From IMG/VR virus record IMGVR_UViG_3300020202_000064, positions 30,000-93,999 of that record: 64,000 nucleotides of DNA. One strand, written 5' to 3'. Origin of the DNA: a virus. Both the position numbers and the translations under genes were made by a program. The number at the start of each line of letters is the position of its first letter. Position 1 is the stretch's first letter. The notes beneath the pieces are model-generated. The model was given only the letters and a program-made list of their open reading frames with translations, did no database searches and had not been told where the DNA came from. Positions 24,912 to 34,028 of this stretch are shown here, piece by piece.

Positions 24912-24918
24912 AATAAAA

Positions 24919-25065
24919 TTATTGAGCCATCAGACCACCAAGCGCAATGCCGCCGATTAGAGTAAATCCAATGTCGTTTTGAATACCACCAGCAATGATG
25001 AACACAGCCGCAATTAATCCTAAAATCACGGCCCTAAACAAATCGTGTAGTTTCTTCTGCGTCAT
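24919..25065 (-). CDS. small membrane protein (48 aa)
   Basis: Manual translation: MTQKKLHDLFRAVILGLIAAVFIIAGGIQNDIGFTLIGGIALGGLMAQ*. Confidence 0.5.
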   Translation of the reverse strand: MTQKKLHDLFRAVILGLIAAVFIIAGGIQNDIGFTLIGGIALGGLMAQ

Positions 25066-25069
25066 AAAT

Positions 25070-25098
25070 AATGAAACCCGTCGCTGTTATACGACGGG
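25070..25098 (-). terminator. probable intrinsic terminator of the Ro60-like gene
   Basis: CCCGTCG-TATAACAG-CGACGGG followed by TTTCATTATTT. Confidence 0.55.
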
Positions 25099-25109
25099 AA
25101 TCAGTTTCC

Positions 25110-26645
25110 TTAAGCCTTAATCGGTTCGTACCTTTCGGTATTCACCGTCTGCAAGAACATGTCCCATGGGGAAGTAATCTTGCCACTCATAATTGTCTTG
25201 AGGATGCTTGGGGAAGCACCCGAACACAACATGACACCCTTTTCGTCAAACTTCACCGGACTGTCTGAGTAGGCGTTAACCTGCCAGAATACAATATCAG
25301 GAAGTTTATATCCTGCTTGCGCATATTGCCGCTTAATTGCTTCGTGGTTTGTTCCACCATTAACACAATTAAACTGCATATCAGATATGATAACAATCTT
25401 TGATGGCATTTCAGACTGTGGCACGTTATTTTGGATAGCGTGGCGAAGAATTGCTTGGAACGAAGATTGTACATTCGTGGAGCCGCCCCAATCAGCCGAA
25501 TTAAGGTTAATCAATTTCTCCTTGAGATTTCCGCCAACAACCTTCTGCAAACGGGAGTCGTCTGAGAAAGTTAGGAAATAACCGTTGAATGCGCCGCGAT
25601 TACGCTCTGCCGTATAAAGGGCGAGTGAAACGCAGATATCGATTGGGCTTACACTTTCGCCATAACGAACACCCAAATTTCCCATGGAGCCGGAAACGTC
25701 CGCAACAACAAGGATATTGTCGTTCTTCCCTTCTGTGTAGTCGGGAAGTGCATTCCATTGCGCTTCGATTGTACGAAGGTCGTTACCGTCCTTCTGTGTA
25801 ATTCCGCGCATCAAATCATACGGATATAGCGTTGCAGAATTAATCTTCGCTTCGCCCTTCTCGACCTTGGTCAAGAACTTCTCATAGCGCTTTGGGTCGT
25901 GCTTGTTAAAGGCAGACTTGTAAATAAGCGCAGCACGAGATGGTACTTGCTCAAAGTTAATCTTGCTCCATTCACCACTGGTCATCAACCGTTCAACGAT
26001 ACCGATTTCCTCACGAAGACCGGACAACATCTTACGATATGCCTTTGGTGACATTTTCATTGCGGCGCGAACCTTTTCAGCCAAACGACGTGTCGTCGCG
26101 CTGGAAGCCTGCGCAGATGGTGCCCATTTTGCAGCCAATGTAATCGCTTCGCCCTTTGCCTTCTTATAAGCATCGGTCTTCAATTGGGACGCAACGAAAA
26201 CCAATGCATCCTTCTCCAATGGAGTGCCCTCCAAGGATTCAAGAACATTGTCGAAACGGGTATATTCAGGAACGTGCTGAATAAGCTTCTTTGCCACAGG
26301 CGCGTCATTCTTCGCGAGCCAGTTAAGACCCAAGCGAAAAAGACGACGTTCACCCTGTCCGCCGCGCACGTCACCCAAATAGAATAACGTCCTTAGTGCA
26401 AGGGTTTTATCTTCTGCATATGCGGCGCTGAAAAGCTTTGTAACTTCGGCATCGGCTTGATTGCGCAATGCGCCACCTCGCGAGAACAAGTCCAGCAAGG
26501 ATGTGCCAGTGGTTGAATGTGATACTGCGCCGTTTAAGGTTGTAGTATCTTTCGTTTGCATAGCGCTAATAAGCGCATTCTGCTTCTTAGGGGTTGCAGT
26601 GTTACGGGTAAACTGCCCCAATGAGTTTCTCTTTATATTCTTCAT
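25110..26645 (-). CDS. Ro60/TROVE-like helical + vWA protein (DUF2828-like)
   Basis: T.NGA.SHSTTG..LLDLF; DVRGGQGERRLF; AAKWAP; INFEQVPSRA; LYPYDL; MIDAS VADVSGSM; DWGGSTN; ISDMQF; IVFWQV. Confidence 0.88.
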   Translation of the reverse strand: MKNIKRNSLGQFTRNTATPKKQNALISAMQTKDTTTLNGAVSHSTTGTSLLDLFSRGGALRNQADAEVTKLFSAAYAEDKTLALRTLFYLGDVRGGQGERRLFRLGLNWLAKNDAPVAKKLIQHVPEYTRFDNVLESLEGTPLEKDALVFVASQLKTDAYKKAKGEAITLAAKWAPSAQASSATTRRLAEKVRAAMKMSPKAYRKMLSGLREEIGIVERLMTSGEWSKINFEQVPSRAALIYKSAFNKHDPKRYEKFLTKVEKGEAKINSATLYPYDLMRGITQKDGNDLRTIEAQWNALPDYTEGKNDNILVVADVSGSMGNLGVRYGESVSPIDICVSLALYTAERNRGAFNGYFLTFSDDSRLQKVVGGNLKEKLINLNSADWGGSTNVQSSFQAILRHAIQNNVPQSEMPSKIVIISDMQFNCVNGGTNHEAIKRQYAQAGYKLPDIVFWQVNAYSDSPVKFDEKGVMLCSGASPSILKTIMSGKITSPWDMFLQTVNTERYEPIKA

Positions 26646-26648
26646 AAA

Positions 26649-26685
26649 CTAAGTAATTTTTAATTGTTAATGCTGACATTACTTA
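26649..26685 (-). promoter_or_regulatory. minimal CAGC-motif stem in the 5' leader of the Ro60-like gene
   Basis: TAAGTAA-TGT-CAGCAT...TTACTTAG-TTT-ATG; same architecture as the 11 ncRNA units. Confidence 0.75.
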
Positions 26686-26747
26686 AATAACTAAATTCTA
26701 CGTTGTAGGACATTTTAGTGTCCGTCAAGACATTTGTGCAAATTATT

Positions 26748-27416
26748 TTATGCCGCTGCCATAGCGCCCATCAAATATTCTGCCCATTCATGACGAGGCG
26801 TCACGTTAGGGGGAAGAGTGTAGTGAACGGGACGAATTTTCATCTTTGCTTCGATTGGCTTGCCAAAGATATCCAATTTGGGCATGGCGTGTCCAGCACG
26901 GGAATTACAAGACTTGCAAGCAAGCGCAATGTTATCCTCGTGATTTTTACCACCAAAAGCCTTTGAATGAATATGTTCGCGACTAGCCTCACTCAGTTTG
27001 ATTTTCGTATAGCAGAAGCAGCACTTACCATCATAGTAATCATATACTTCTCTAAGTGGTGGCAATGCAACTTGGCCATCCTTGTTTTCCTTTCGTTCCT
27101 TCAGCAGTTTTTTCCGCTTGAAGAAGAAATCTTCGTTTGCAACAAAGATGGTTGGAATAACCCAAATATTATCCTTGTACGAAGCATTAAAGCCGCTCCG
27201 CATGAAGGGTTGGTCAGGTAAAACCGAAATGTTTCGAGAAATGTAACGGTCCCACTTATATGGAACACCATTGGCATCGATACCCGTCCCCTTACCCTTC
27301 AGTAGAGAGTAGAACGCCGCCCGAGCCGTAGCGATACCAAATGGCATGTACGCCGGGTCAAGGAGTAGCGTCGTTATTTGTTCTGGATTTACAACTTTCA
27401 TTTCAGACGTGAGCAT
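26748..27416 (-). CDS. HNH endonuclease (McrA-like)
   Basis: TLLLDPAYMP; YDGKCCFC...SREHIHSKAFGGKNHEDNIALACKSCNSR. Confidence 0.82.
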   Translation of the reverse strand: MLTSEMKVVNPEQITTLLLDPAYMPFGIATARAAFYSLLKGKGTGIDANGVPYKWDRYISRNISVLPDQPFMRSGFNASYKDNIWVIPTIFVANEDFFFKRKKLLKERKENKDGQVALPPLREVYDYYDGKCCFCYTKIKLSEASREHIHSKAFGGKNHEDNIALACKSCNSRAGHAMPKLDIFGKPIEAKMKIRPVHYTLPPNVTPRHEWAEYLMGAMAAA

Positions 27417-27459
27417 ATGGAAACAGCGTGGCCAATGTCAAGAACTTACAGAAAAAATA

Positions 27460-27699
27460 TCACTCTTTCGACATATCTTCCTCTTCATCAGGAAGTTGCA
27501 AATTTCCATTTTTCTCTAACTTTTCCAGCGAGTTATTATCACCGAGAATAATCGCGTTCATAGTTGGTATCATTGCGATAAAACTAAGTAGGTTGTACTC
27601 CTTCTCCCCTTTATCGTTTAAAGTTACCAGAATTACATGGCTTTCATCGTCGTCTGCGCCAAATTTGGCCAGACCTCGTTTCAGGTCTTTCAATTTCAT
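27460..27699 (-). CDS. hypothetical protein
   Basis: 79 aa; ATGA overlap with dnaE. Confidence 0.6.
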   Translation of the reverse strand: MKLKDLKRGLAKFGADDDESHVILVTLNDKGEKEYNLLSFIAMIPTMNAIILGDNNSLEKLEKNGNLQLPDEEEDMSKE

Positions 27700-30308
27700 T
27701 TTGGGTCTTTCTCAAGTTCTTTCAAATCTGCTAATTTCGTATAAATCTTTTCATCTTGAACAACGATTGTATGTGCAAACACCGTATTACCATCCTTCTT
27801 AGTTCCTTCAAATACAACAATGTTATCTTCATCTGGTAAAGAACCACCGTTTTTTTCCTTCATCGAATCGATGTTACCAACGGTACTACCACGACCAACC
27901 GTATTAAATATCATCAAAGTGATTTCACCACGTTCATCAGCGACGCGATACTTTACATATTTATTCTTATTCTTACTAATACCGGTACGTTTTTCCAGTA
28001 TCGTTCCAATACCACGAACTTTCACACCTTCAACCTCGGTGTTAATCTCATCTAATGGCATAAGGTTTTCGAAATGCTCACTAAAAATTGACATCAGTGT
28101 CCCCGAATAAGAGAAGCCAAGTAGCAACTTTTCGAAGTAATAATTGGCAAACTTTTCGTGCTTTCTATTCTGTTCCCAAATCTGTTTATACTTACTATAC
28201 TTGGACATGAATGTTGTCCATCGCTCTGGTTTAATCAGAGGTTTGCCCTTTTCGTTTTTCGCATCCTTAATAAAAGCCAAGGTGTCCAAAATATCATATT
28301 TGAAACGAGGGGCATACTCGTTAACAAGCTGGCGCTCCTTATCTGATAACATACCGGGAGACGAAGATAGGTATGTCTGTAATTCTAGTACGGTACGGAT
28401 TCGACTCGCGCCAACACTCTGTAGACATCCCGCTTGAGCAAGCGCGGCGCCCACCCCAACAGACAGTCCTGATTCGCGCAGAGCGTTAAACATGGAAATC
28501 TTATTAGGTTTGTCTTTTGACCTAAACATTTTTACCTTCTCAATGGTCTTGTCGGAGATACCCTTAATAAATCCCAATCCATAACGAATGTTTCCATTCT
28601 CCATTGTAAAATCAATGTCGGATAGTGCCAAGTCGGGCGGCAGGATTTTAATCCCAAAATGATGCATCTCACGCTCCACTTTCGCGACTTCTTCCTGCGG
28701 TGTGCGACCAGATTGAGATTTAGATTCGCATAAACAGGACCAATAAAATTGTAATGGGTACTTATACTTTAGATAAGTGGTGAGCGCCGAAGTCATGGAG
28801 GTAGCAAGACTATGTGAGGCATTAAATGAATACCTAGAACTGTCTTCTAGAATCTTCCACAACACATCGCCAACTCTGTCATCAAAGCCGTTTTTCTTCG
28901 CCGTTTCATAGATACGCTGTTTCCACGCGTTGATTTCATCTACCTTCTTCTTACCAACAATGCGGCGAATTTGTTCGGCCTCTTCACCTGTAAAACCAAG
29001 CTTCATCGCCATATTAAGGAATTGCTCCTGATATAGACATACGTTGCGGGTTGGACCTAGAATGTCAGCAAACGCAGGATGGGGGCATACTGCCTTTCTT
29101 TCGGCATAATCATCAACATAGGCCAATGCACCCGGACGCGCTGTCGCGGAAACGTCAGAAAGTTCGTCCAGATTCTTCGGTCTGAATTTATTCAATACCC
29201 GATATGCGGTGTCAGCCGAAATTTGATATAATCCATAGGGAAGTAGCCGCCCATTCTGATAGGGACCATAAATAATGGGGTCGTTCTTCAACTTAGGGCG
29301 AATGTCTGACAGTTTCTCGGGGATTACATCTTCAATTCGCTTAAGAATTGCATTAGTAGAAAGACCTAGAAGGTCGAGTTTAATGGCAAATTCGGCGGCA
29401 TCTTCTTTTGCCAAACCACATGTCACTTCACCTTCTTTGTTAAGTTGGAGTGGTACGTAACCATACAACGGTCGTGCACAAATAAGATATCCACTGGCGT
29501 GTTTACCTTCCTGAGATATCAGGTCACGTAACGACAAACAAATATTGTAGGTTTCGGGATGTGATTCGGCCCAAGCTTTAAATTCTTCGCTCTTTTCGGG
29601 CATCTTCTCGATATCTTCAACGATACCCTGATTCTTTTCGACCATGTTCGAAATACGCTTGGCTTCATCCGGGTCAACTTCGTCATAACATTTGTATACA
29701 TCGGTAACAAGCGCTTTACCAGTGAATGTACCTAATGTCATAATCGCAGAAAGACAGCCGGGATAGGTTTCGTGCAGCCACCGCTTAACCTTATCACGTG
29801 TCGGACCAAGGTTCAAATCTGCGTCTGCAATCAGGTCGCCCTTCAAATACATTACCCCACCAATCATTTCTTTCTTCGAACGTGCCCGGTTAACAAACCG
29901 CTCGAAAATCAAATGATGTTCAATTGGGTCTGCGCCAGTAATATCTAGTAGATAAAAGCACAAGCTACTGACCATAGAGCCACGTCCATAGTCAATGAAT
30001 GCGCCGAATTCCCGCGCTTTCTCAATAACCTGCCAAACAAGAAGACAGTAATCAATAAAGCCAAGTTCTTCAAGAATCTTTAACTCGTGATTTATGCGCT
30101 GTTCATATTTGGACAACAATTCTGGTTTGAATTCAGCTTTCTTTATATCATAAGAACTACGAACAAGTGCGCCGAAAAATTCAATTGTATTTGCGCCCTC
30201 CTTAAGACCAACCTTAGTATACGATTCGGGGGCAATATGAATTTTTGGCAATTGTACATAGCCAAATTTGTCAATTTCTATCTGTTCAAAATCTTGTGTG
30301 AAACTCAT
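27696..30308 (-). CDS. dnaE: DNA polymerase III alpha-like catalytic subunit lacking the PHP domain
   Basis: GRGS, FERFVN, DADLN, HASG, KLDLLGL, YQEQ, YSFNASHS, IRYGL, C-terminal OB fold. Confidence 0.92.
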   Translation of the reverse strand: MSFTQDFEQIEIDKFGYVQLPKIHIAPESYTKVGLKEGANTIEFFGALVRSSYDIKKAEFKPELLSKYEQRINHELKILEELGFIDYCLLVWQVIEKAREFGAFIDYGRGSMVSSLCFYLLDITGADPIEHHLIFERFVNRARSKKEMIGGVMYLKGDLIADADLNLGPTRDKVKRWLHETYPGCLSAIMTLGTFTGKALVTDVYKCYDEVDPDEAKRISNMVEKNQGIVEDIEKMPEKSEEFKAWAESHPETYNICLSLRDLISQEGKHASGYLICARPLYGYVPLQLNKEGEVTCGLAKEDAAEFAIKLDLLGLSTNAILKRIEDVIPEKLSDIRPKLKNDPIIYGPYQNGRLLPYGLYQISADTAYRVLNKFRPKNLDELSDVSATARPGALAYVDDYAERKAVCPHPAFADILGPTRNVCLYQEQFLNMAMKLGFTGEEAEQIRRIVGKKKVDEINAWKQRIYETAKKNGFDDRVGDVLWKILEDSSRYSFNASHSLATSMTSALTTYLKYKYPLQFYWSCLCESKSQSGRTPQEEVAKVEREMHHFGIKILPPDLALSDIDFTMENGNIRYGLGFIKGISDKTIEKVKMFRSKDKPNKISMFNALRESGLSVGVGAALAQAGCLQSVGASRIRTVLELQTYLSSSPGMLSDKERQLVNEYAPRFKYDILDTLAFIKDAKNEKGKPLIKPERWTTFMSKYSKYKQIWEQNRKHEKFANYYFEKLLLGFSYSGTLMSIFSEHFENLMPLDEINTEVEGVKVRGIGTILEKRTGISKNKNKYVKYRVADERGEITLMIFNTVGRGSTVGNIDSMKEKNGGSLPDEDNIVVFEGTKKDGNTVFAHTIVVQDEKIYTKLADLKELEKDPK

Positions 30309-30943
30309 ATTTCGAATGCCCAAATCATTTTCTTAAACACCTCTACGTTTAGAAGTACATCGTAAAGCGCTTCGTGCAAGCGTTCTTCTTCATAAGGCAC
30401 CTTAAATTCTTTTGTCATTAAACCCAATCTCCACTTTACCCCCTCACGCATCGAAAGCATACGATACTGCCAAGCGAGGAAATTAGTCCGGTCCGGTTTT
30501 AGTTGTTTTTGATATGCCTTAGCAAGTGCACCAGTATCAATGTATCTAAGGGTTCGACTATAATCATCAGGTGGCAACCCAAGATAACGCCGCCAAACTT
30601 GATGAATCATAGAGTCGTAACCAAGAATATTATGACCAACAATAAGATATTGAGGGTCATTTGTATAACTCTCAAACTTCTCTAGGATGGGTTTTGGGTC
30701 AACCGCTTTTTCTTTATATAAGAAAGGGTTGAAGCGCGTCTTTTCCGCCGCCCCCTTACTTACATTCAAGTCGGCCCAATATAAATAATGGTCGTGCTGT
30801 TCCAAAATTTCGGATTGGGTGAATACCACGAAAGAAATCTGATAGGGTCGAGCATAAAACTTGTTTAGGGATTCAGTCTCCTTGTCGAAACAGATATACT
30901 TCTGTTCTTTGTTAAATCTGAGTAAATTATCACCTAGAGTCAT
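30305..30943 (-). CDS. DEDDh 3'-5' exonuclease (epsilon-like)
   Basis: FDKETES, VGHNILGYD, IDT, LHEALYDV. Confidence 0.88.
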   Translation of the reverse strand: MTLGDNLLRFNKEQKYICFDKETESLNKFYARPYQISFVVFTQSEILEQHDHYLYWADLNVSKGAAEKTRFNPFLYKEKAVDPKPILEKFESYTNDPQYLIVGHNILGYDSMIHQVWRRYLGLPPDDYSRTLRYIDTGALAKAYQKQLKPDRTNFLAWQYRMLSMREGVKWRLGLMTKEFKVPYEEERLHEALYDVLLNVEVFKKMIWAFEI

Positions 30944-31716
30944 GTGGAAAGATTCCTCCAAACCTCGAAGCAGAAGGCATCCGAGCAAAAATATTCAATA
31001 TCTGGGTCAGCGAAACTACCACCATTTTGGATAGCTCGATAAACTGTGTATGCTCTAAAATCTTTTCTATTTTTGTAGTAAATAGTCTTTGTTTTCTGAA
31101 CTTTGTTGTTTGATGCGGCCACGTATTTACTGATAGCATCAGATATTAATAGTTCATGCGGATGTTCGGTGCCGACTTCTTGGAACAATGAAATGTTTTT
31201 ATTACAAAATGACAAATCTGGCAAAATATTCGTATTAAAGCCGAGAAGGTTTCGAGCAATAAATCCATCAAAGAATGGCACAGACATATACAAGTCAGGC
31301 GTCCATAATGCCGCCAGTTGATTATAATCAAAGCGCTGACGGTAATATTTATGAGTTGGGTCTGTATGATACGAAGAATACACTTTAAGTAAATCAGAGT
31401 ATCCCTTACTGTTTCGCGCAAATACTATAATCTTATGTTCGTTATATCGACTCTCTGGTGTTTGAGCCTTAGCATCATCACACATTATAATTTCGACACC
31501 AAATATCAATTTGATATTCCGTGATTTACAACCCTTCCAAGCTTCAAGAAAGGTGGCGAAACTTTTAGATACAAACACTATCTCCTTTAACTTAGCCTCT
31601 TCCGCCATACTAAAGATGGATTGTGGTCCATTCGCATAGCAATCCTTTGGGTTCCAAAAGGTTAATATGCTCTTTTCTGAAGAATGGTCGTAGAATATTG
31701 GGATAATGTCACTCAT
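30940..31716 (-). CDS. stand-alone PHP domain (DnaE N-terminal part)
   Basis: DHSSEKSIL, KLIFGVEI, IIVFARNSKGYSDL. Confidence 0.82.
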   Translation of the reverse strand: MSDIIPIFYDHSSEKSILTFWNPKDCYANGPQSIFSMAEEAKLKEIVFVSKSFATFLEAWKGCKSRNIKLIFGVEIIMCDDAKAQTPESRYNEHKIIVFARNSKGYSDLLKVYSSYHTDPTHKYYRQRFDYNQLAALWTPDLYMSVPFFDGFIARNLLGFNTNILPDLSFCNKNISLFQEVGTEHPHELLISDAISKYVAASNNKVQKTKTIYYKNRKDFRAYTVYRAIQNGGSFADPDIEYFCSDAFCFEVWRNLST

Positions 31717-32618
31717 TCGAAAATATAACCCTCGCGTCGTCCCATTAGATTTTCATTAAGCGTCTGCTTGCGCGCGGCAACCCATTTGTTATCGTCAATG
31801 AATTCGACAGGTTTTACATAAAAATCACCAATCACATCGGGAAATTTGTATATGGAGCCGAAAGATATATCGCCATTTGGTTGTATAATTGCGTATGTGC
31901 TCTGTCCCCCATCTATACAATAGGAACCGCCAATACTTCTAACAGTATTATGTTTTGGTGTGTGTCCAACAATTTGTTTAACGGGAAGATTGTCTTCAAA
32001 ATCGTGATTCCAATCAGCCCAAATCGGGCCACCGAGTGCCACACTTCCGCCGCGAGAGAATCCGACCGCAAAAAGTGGGTGCTTGCCAAAATGGACCAGT
32101 TGTAGCGCTTCCTCCGATTCGGTATTCAATTTTTCGTAGTTTTCCTCTACCGAAGCAAACGGACGCCAGTTATTTTCACGAAAACCAGCATGTGACGCAA
32201 GCCACCCATTTACAACTGTAAACAGACGCATCTTTCGCCAATCTTTAATAGTTAGAACGTCATTAATTTTATGCGCCTTATTATTAGTATAACCAGAGCA
32301 ATAATTATAAAGTTTCTTTATTGAATAACCCCTCCGAAGGTGATAGGCGGCTTCTAAATAAGCAATATCATGATTCCCCAGAAGTAGAGTTGCGTTACCA
32401 TACGCTCCATCAAGCATTTGTTTGACGAACGTTGCAGTTTCAGCGACCCCTGAAACAATCGGAGGTTCGTTGAAACTATCAAACCAATCCCCCAAAAACA
32501 CAATATGGTCAAAATTACCACGCTCCTGTTCGAGCACAGCCTTTACCCAATCGATACGTTGGTGCGCATCACTCAGCACGAGTGCGCGAACGCCATCAAT
32601 TTTCCATTTTGGATTCAT
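31713..32618 (-). CDS. calcineurin-like metallophosphoesterase
   Basis: SDAH, LGDWFD, GNHD, SHAG, GHTP. Confidence 0.9.
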   Translation of the reverse strand: MNPKWKIDGVRALVLSDAHQRIDWVKAVLEQERGNFDHIVFLGDWFDSFNEPPIVSGVAETATFVKQMLDGAYGNATLLLGNHDIAYLEAAYHLRRGYSIKKLYNYCSGYTNNKAHKINDVLTIKDWRKMRLFTVVNGWLASHAGFRENNWRPFASVEENYEKLNTESEEALQLVHFGKHPLFAVGFSRGGSVALGGPIWADWNHDFEDNLPVKQIVGHTPKHNTVRSIGGSYCIDGGQSTYAIIQPNGDISFGSIYKFPDVIGDFYVKPVEFIDDNKWVAARKQTLNENLMGRREGYIFE

Positions 32619-32649
32619 CCAAATAATATCTAGGACTTTGAAAGGATAG

Positions 32650-33645
32650 TCAAGAGTAGTTTCTTAGTTTTCCATCTGGGCTATAAAAATAAGGACACCC
32701 CGAATAAAAATGTTCCGTAATTATTTCGCCTCCAACGGGTTGAATGGGAGTCTTGGATGTTCGGGTAATTTTGCCATTTTGTAAGGCGGCAAAGTATGTA
32801 AACGGCGCACGATATCCGCAAACGTTAAAACAAAACCCCTTATCTTCGATAGCGCGAAGATTGAGTTTCGCCTTTTCCACAGTAAACGTTTCGAATTCAC
32901 CATGTAAATTTTCGACATATGAGACCAAGCCTTTAAGTTGGGAATCGGTATATGGTTCAACAACTTGTAAAAACTTCTTGGGGTCTTTCTTATTTGCGGC
33001 GTGACGTAATAGAATAAATTCCACTTTTGCGGGGACACCAAACACTTCCTTAACGGCGAGTTGATAAATGGCCGCTTGAATGTTATTTTCCAATTCGTCT
33101 TCGGTAAATTTGTTCTTCTGTGTTTTATAATCTCGAATTATAGCATAACCATCATAGAAAGCAAGACGGTCAACAAATCCTTTAATTTTCGCCTTTCCTA
33201 TAAGCAATTCAAAACGCCATTCAGGAGGTAGAACCTTGGTTGCCCCAGTAAAATAGAAATCATAACCAAGTGCTACCATTAACAAGTCATCTAAATCGGC
33301 AGAATGCTTATCTTCCATTAATGGATTATCTCGTTTAAAATTCTCGACTAATCGAGCTATAGATGGGACGGATTTATGTGTGCCAGTACGAATAATCGTT
33401 TCGACATATTCTTTACGTCTTAGATTATCTTTCGCAAGACATTCCAAAACGATATGGCATAAGGAACCAACAAATGTTTTACTCCAAACCCGTTCTGGAA
33501 GTTTTAAGCATGCAGAGCAATAAAATTCCCAACTACAGCTTTGCAATCCCTTTATGCGGGAAGCGGACAGCCTTGGTTTCTCCGAAGGCATCGGAGGATA
33601 AGTTTTCTTAGGAAAAGTATCTTTAATTTGTGAGCCGAAAGCCAT
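32650..33645 (-). CDS. PD-(D/E)XK exonuclease (RecB/Cas4-like)
   Basis: LSASRI, GFVDRL, IRDYKT, QAAIY, Cys cluster. Confidence 0.85.
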   Translation of the reverse strand: MAFGSQIKDTFPKKTYPPMPSEKPRLSASRIKGLQSCSWEFYCSACLKLPERVWSKTFVGSLCHIVLECLAKDNLRRKEYVETIIRTGTHKSVPSIARLVENFKRDNPLMEDKHSADLDDLLMVALGYDFYFTGATKVLPPEWRFELLIGKAKIKGFVDRLAFYDGYAIIRDYKTQKNKFTEDELENNIQAAIYQLAVKEVFGVPAKVEFILLRHAANKKDPKKFLQVVEPYTDSQLKGLVSYVENLHGEFETFTVEKAKLNLRAIEDKGFCFNVCGYRAPFTYFAALQNGKITRTSKTPIQPVGGEIITEHFYSGCPYFYSPDGKLRNYS

Positions 33646-33647
33646 GG

Positions 33648-34028
33648 TTATATTGGGAGGGTTTCCTTGGGTACATACGTAATAAGTTTGTACTTGCGTT
33701 GTTTTTTATCACATTCCTTGCAGACATTGTTGGCATTTTCACTTTCGCCATCGGCAATAACATATACGAAGTCGGAATTTTGAACGATTTGAGAATTGGA
33801 AATTAGCGCGCCGCCCACTTTATGTGGTACGGGAAAAACTGTAAATGGAACAGTGGCCTTTTTTGCAAAAGTCTGAACCGTCTCGCCGCCACTAACGACG
33901 TTATTAGTCACGATGTGGCTTACATAGTCTAGTTTATCCTTAAGTAATTCTTCAAGAAAACCCAAGTCGCAAAACGTGCGTGGGGCTACAATACCCAACT
34001 TATATACTTTATTTTTTTTGTCTAACAT
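33648..34028 (-). CDS. SLOG/YspA-like protein
   Basis: RTFCD...SGGE...GALISNSQIVQNSD pattern. Confidence 0.55.
   Translation of the reverse strand: MLDKKNKVYKLGIVAPRTFCDLGFLEELLKDKLDYVSHIVTNNVVSGGETVQTFAKKATVPFTVFPVPHKVGGALISNSQIVQNSDFVYVIADGESENANNVCKECDKKQRKYKLITYVPKETLPI

Noticed and set aside
25077-25098. TAACAGCGA in the hairpin after the Ro60-like gene as a 13th motif copy
   Set aside because: It lacks the AAG/CTTAG closing stem and is better explained as a terminator hairpin.
32650-33645. Cas4 as evidence of a CRISPR system
   Set aside because: It is a solo RecB/Cas4-like nuclease in a replication operon, with no array or other cas genes in the window.
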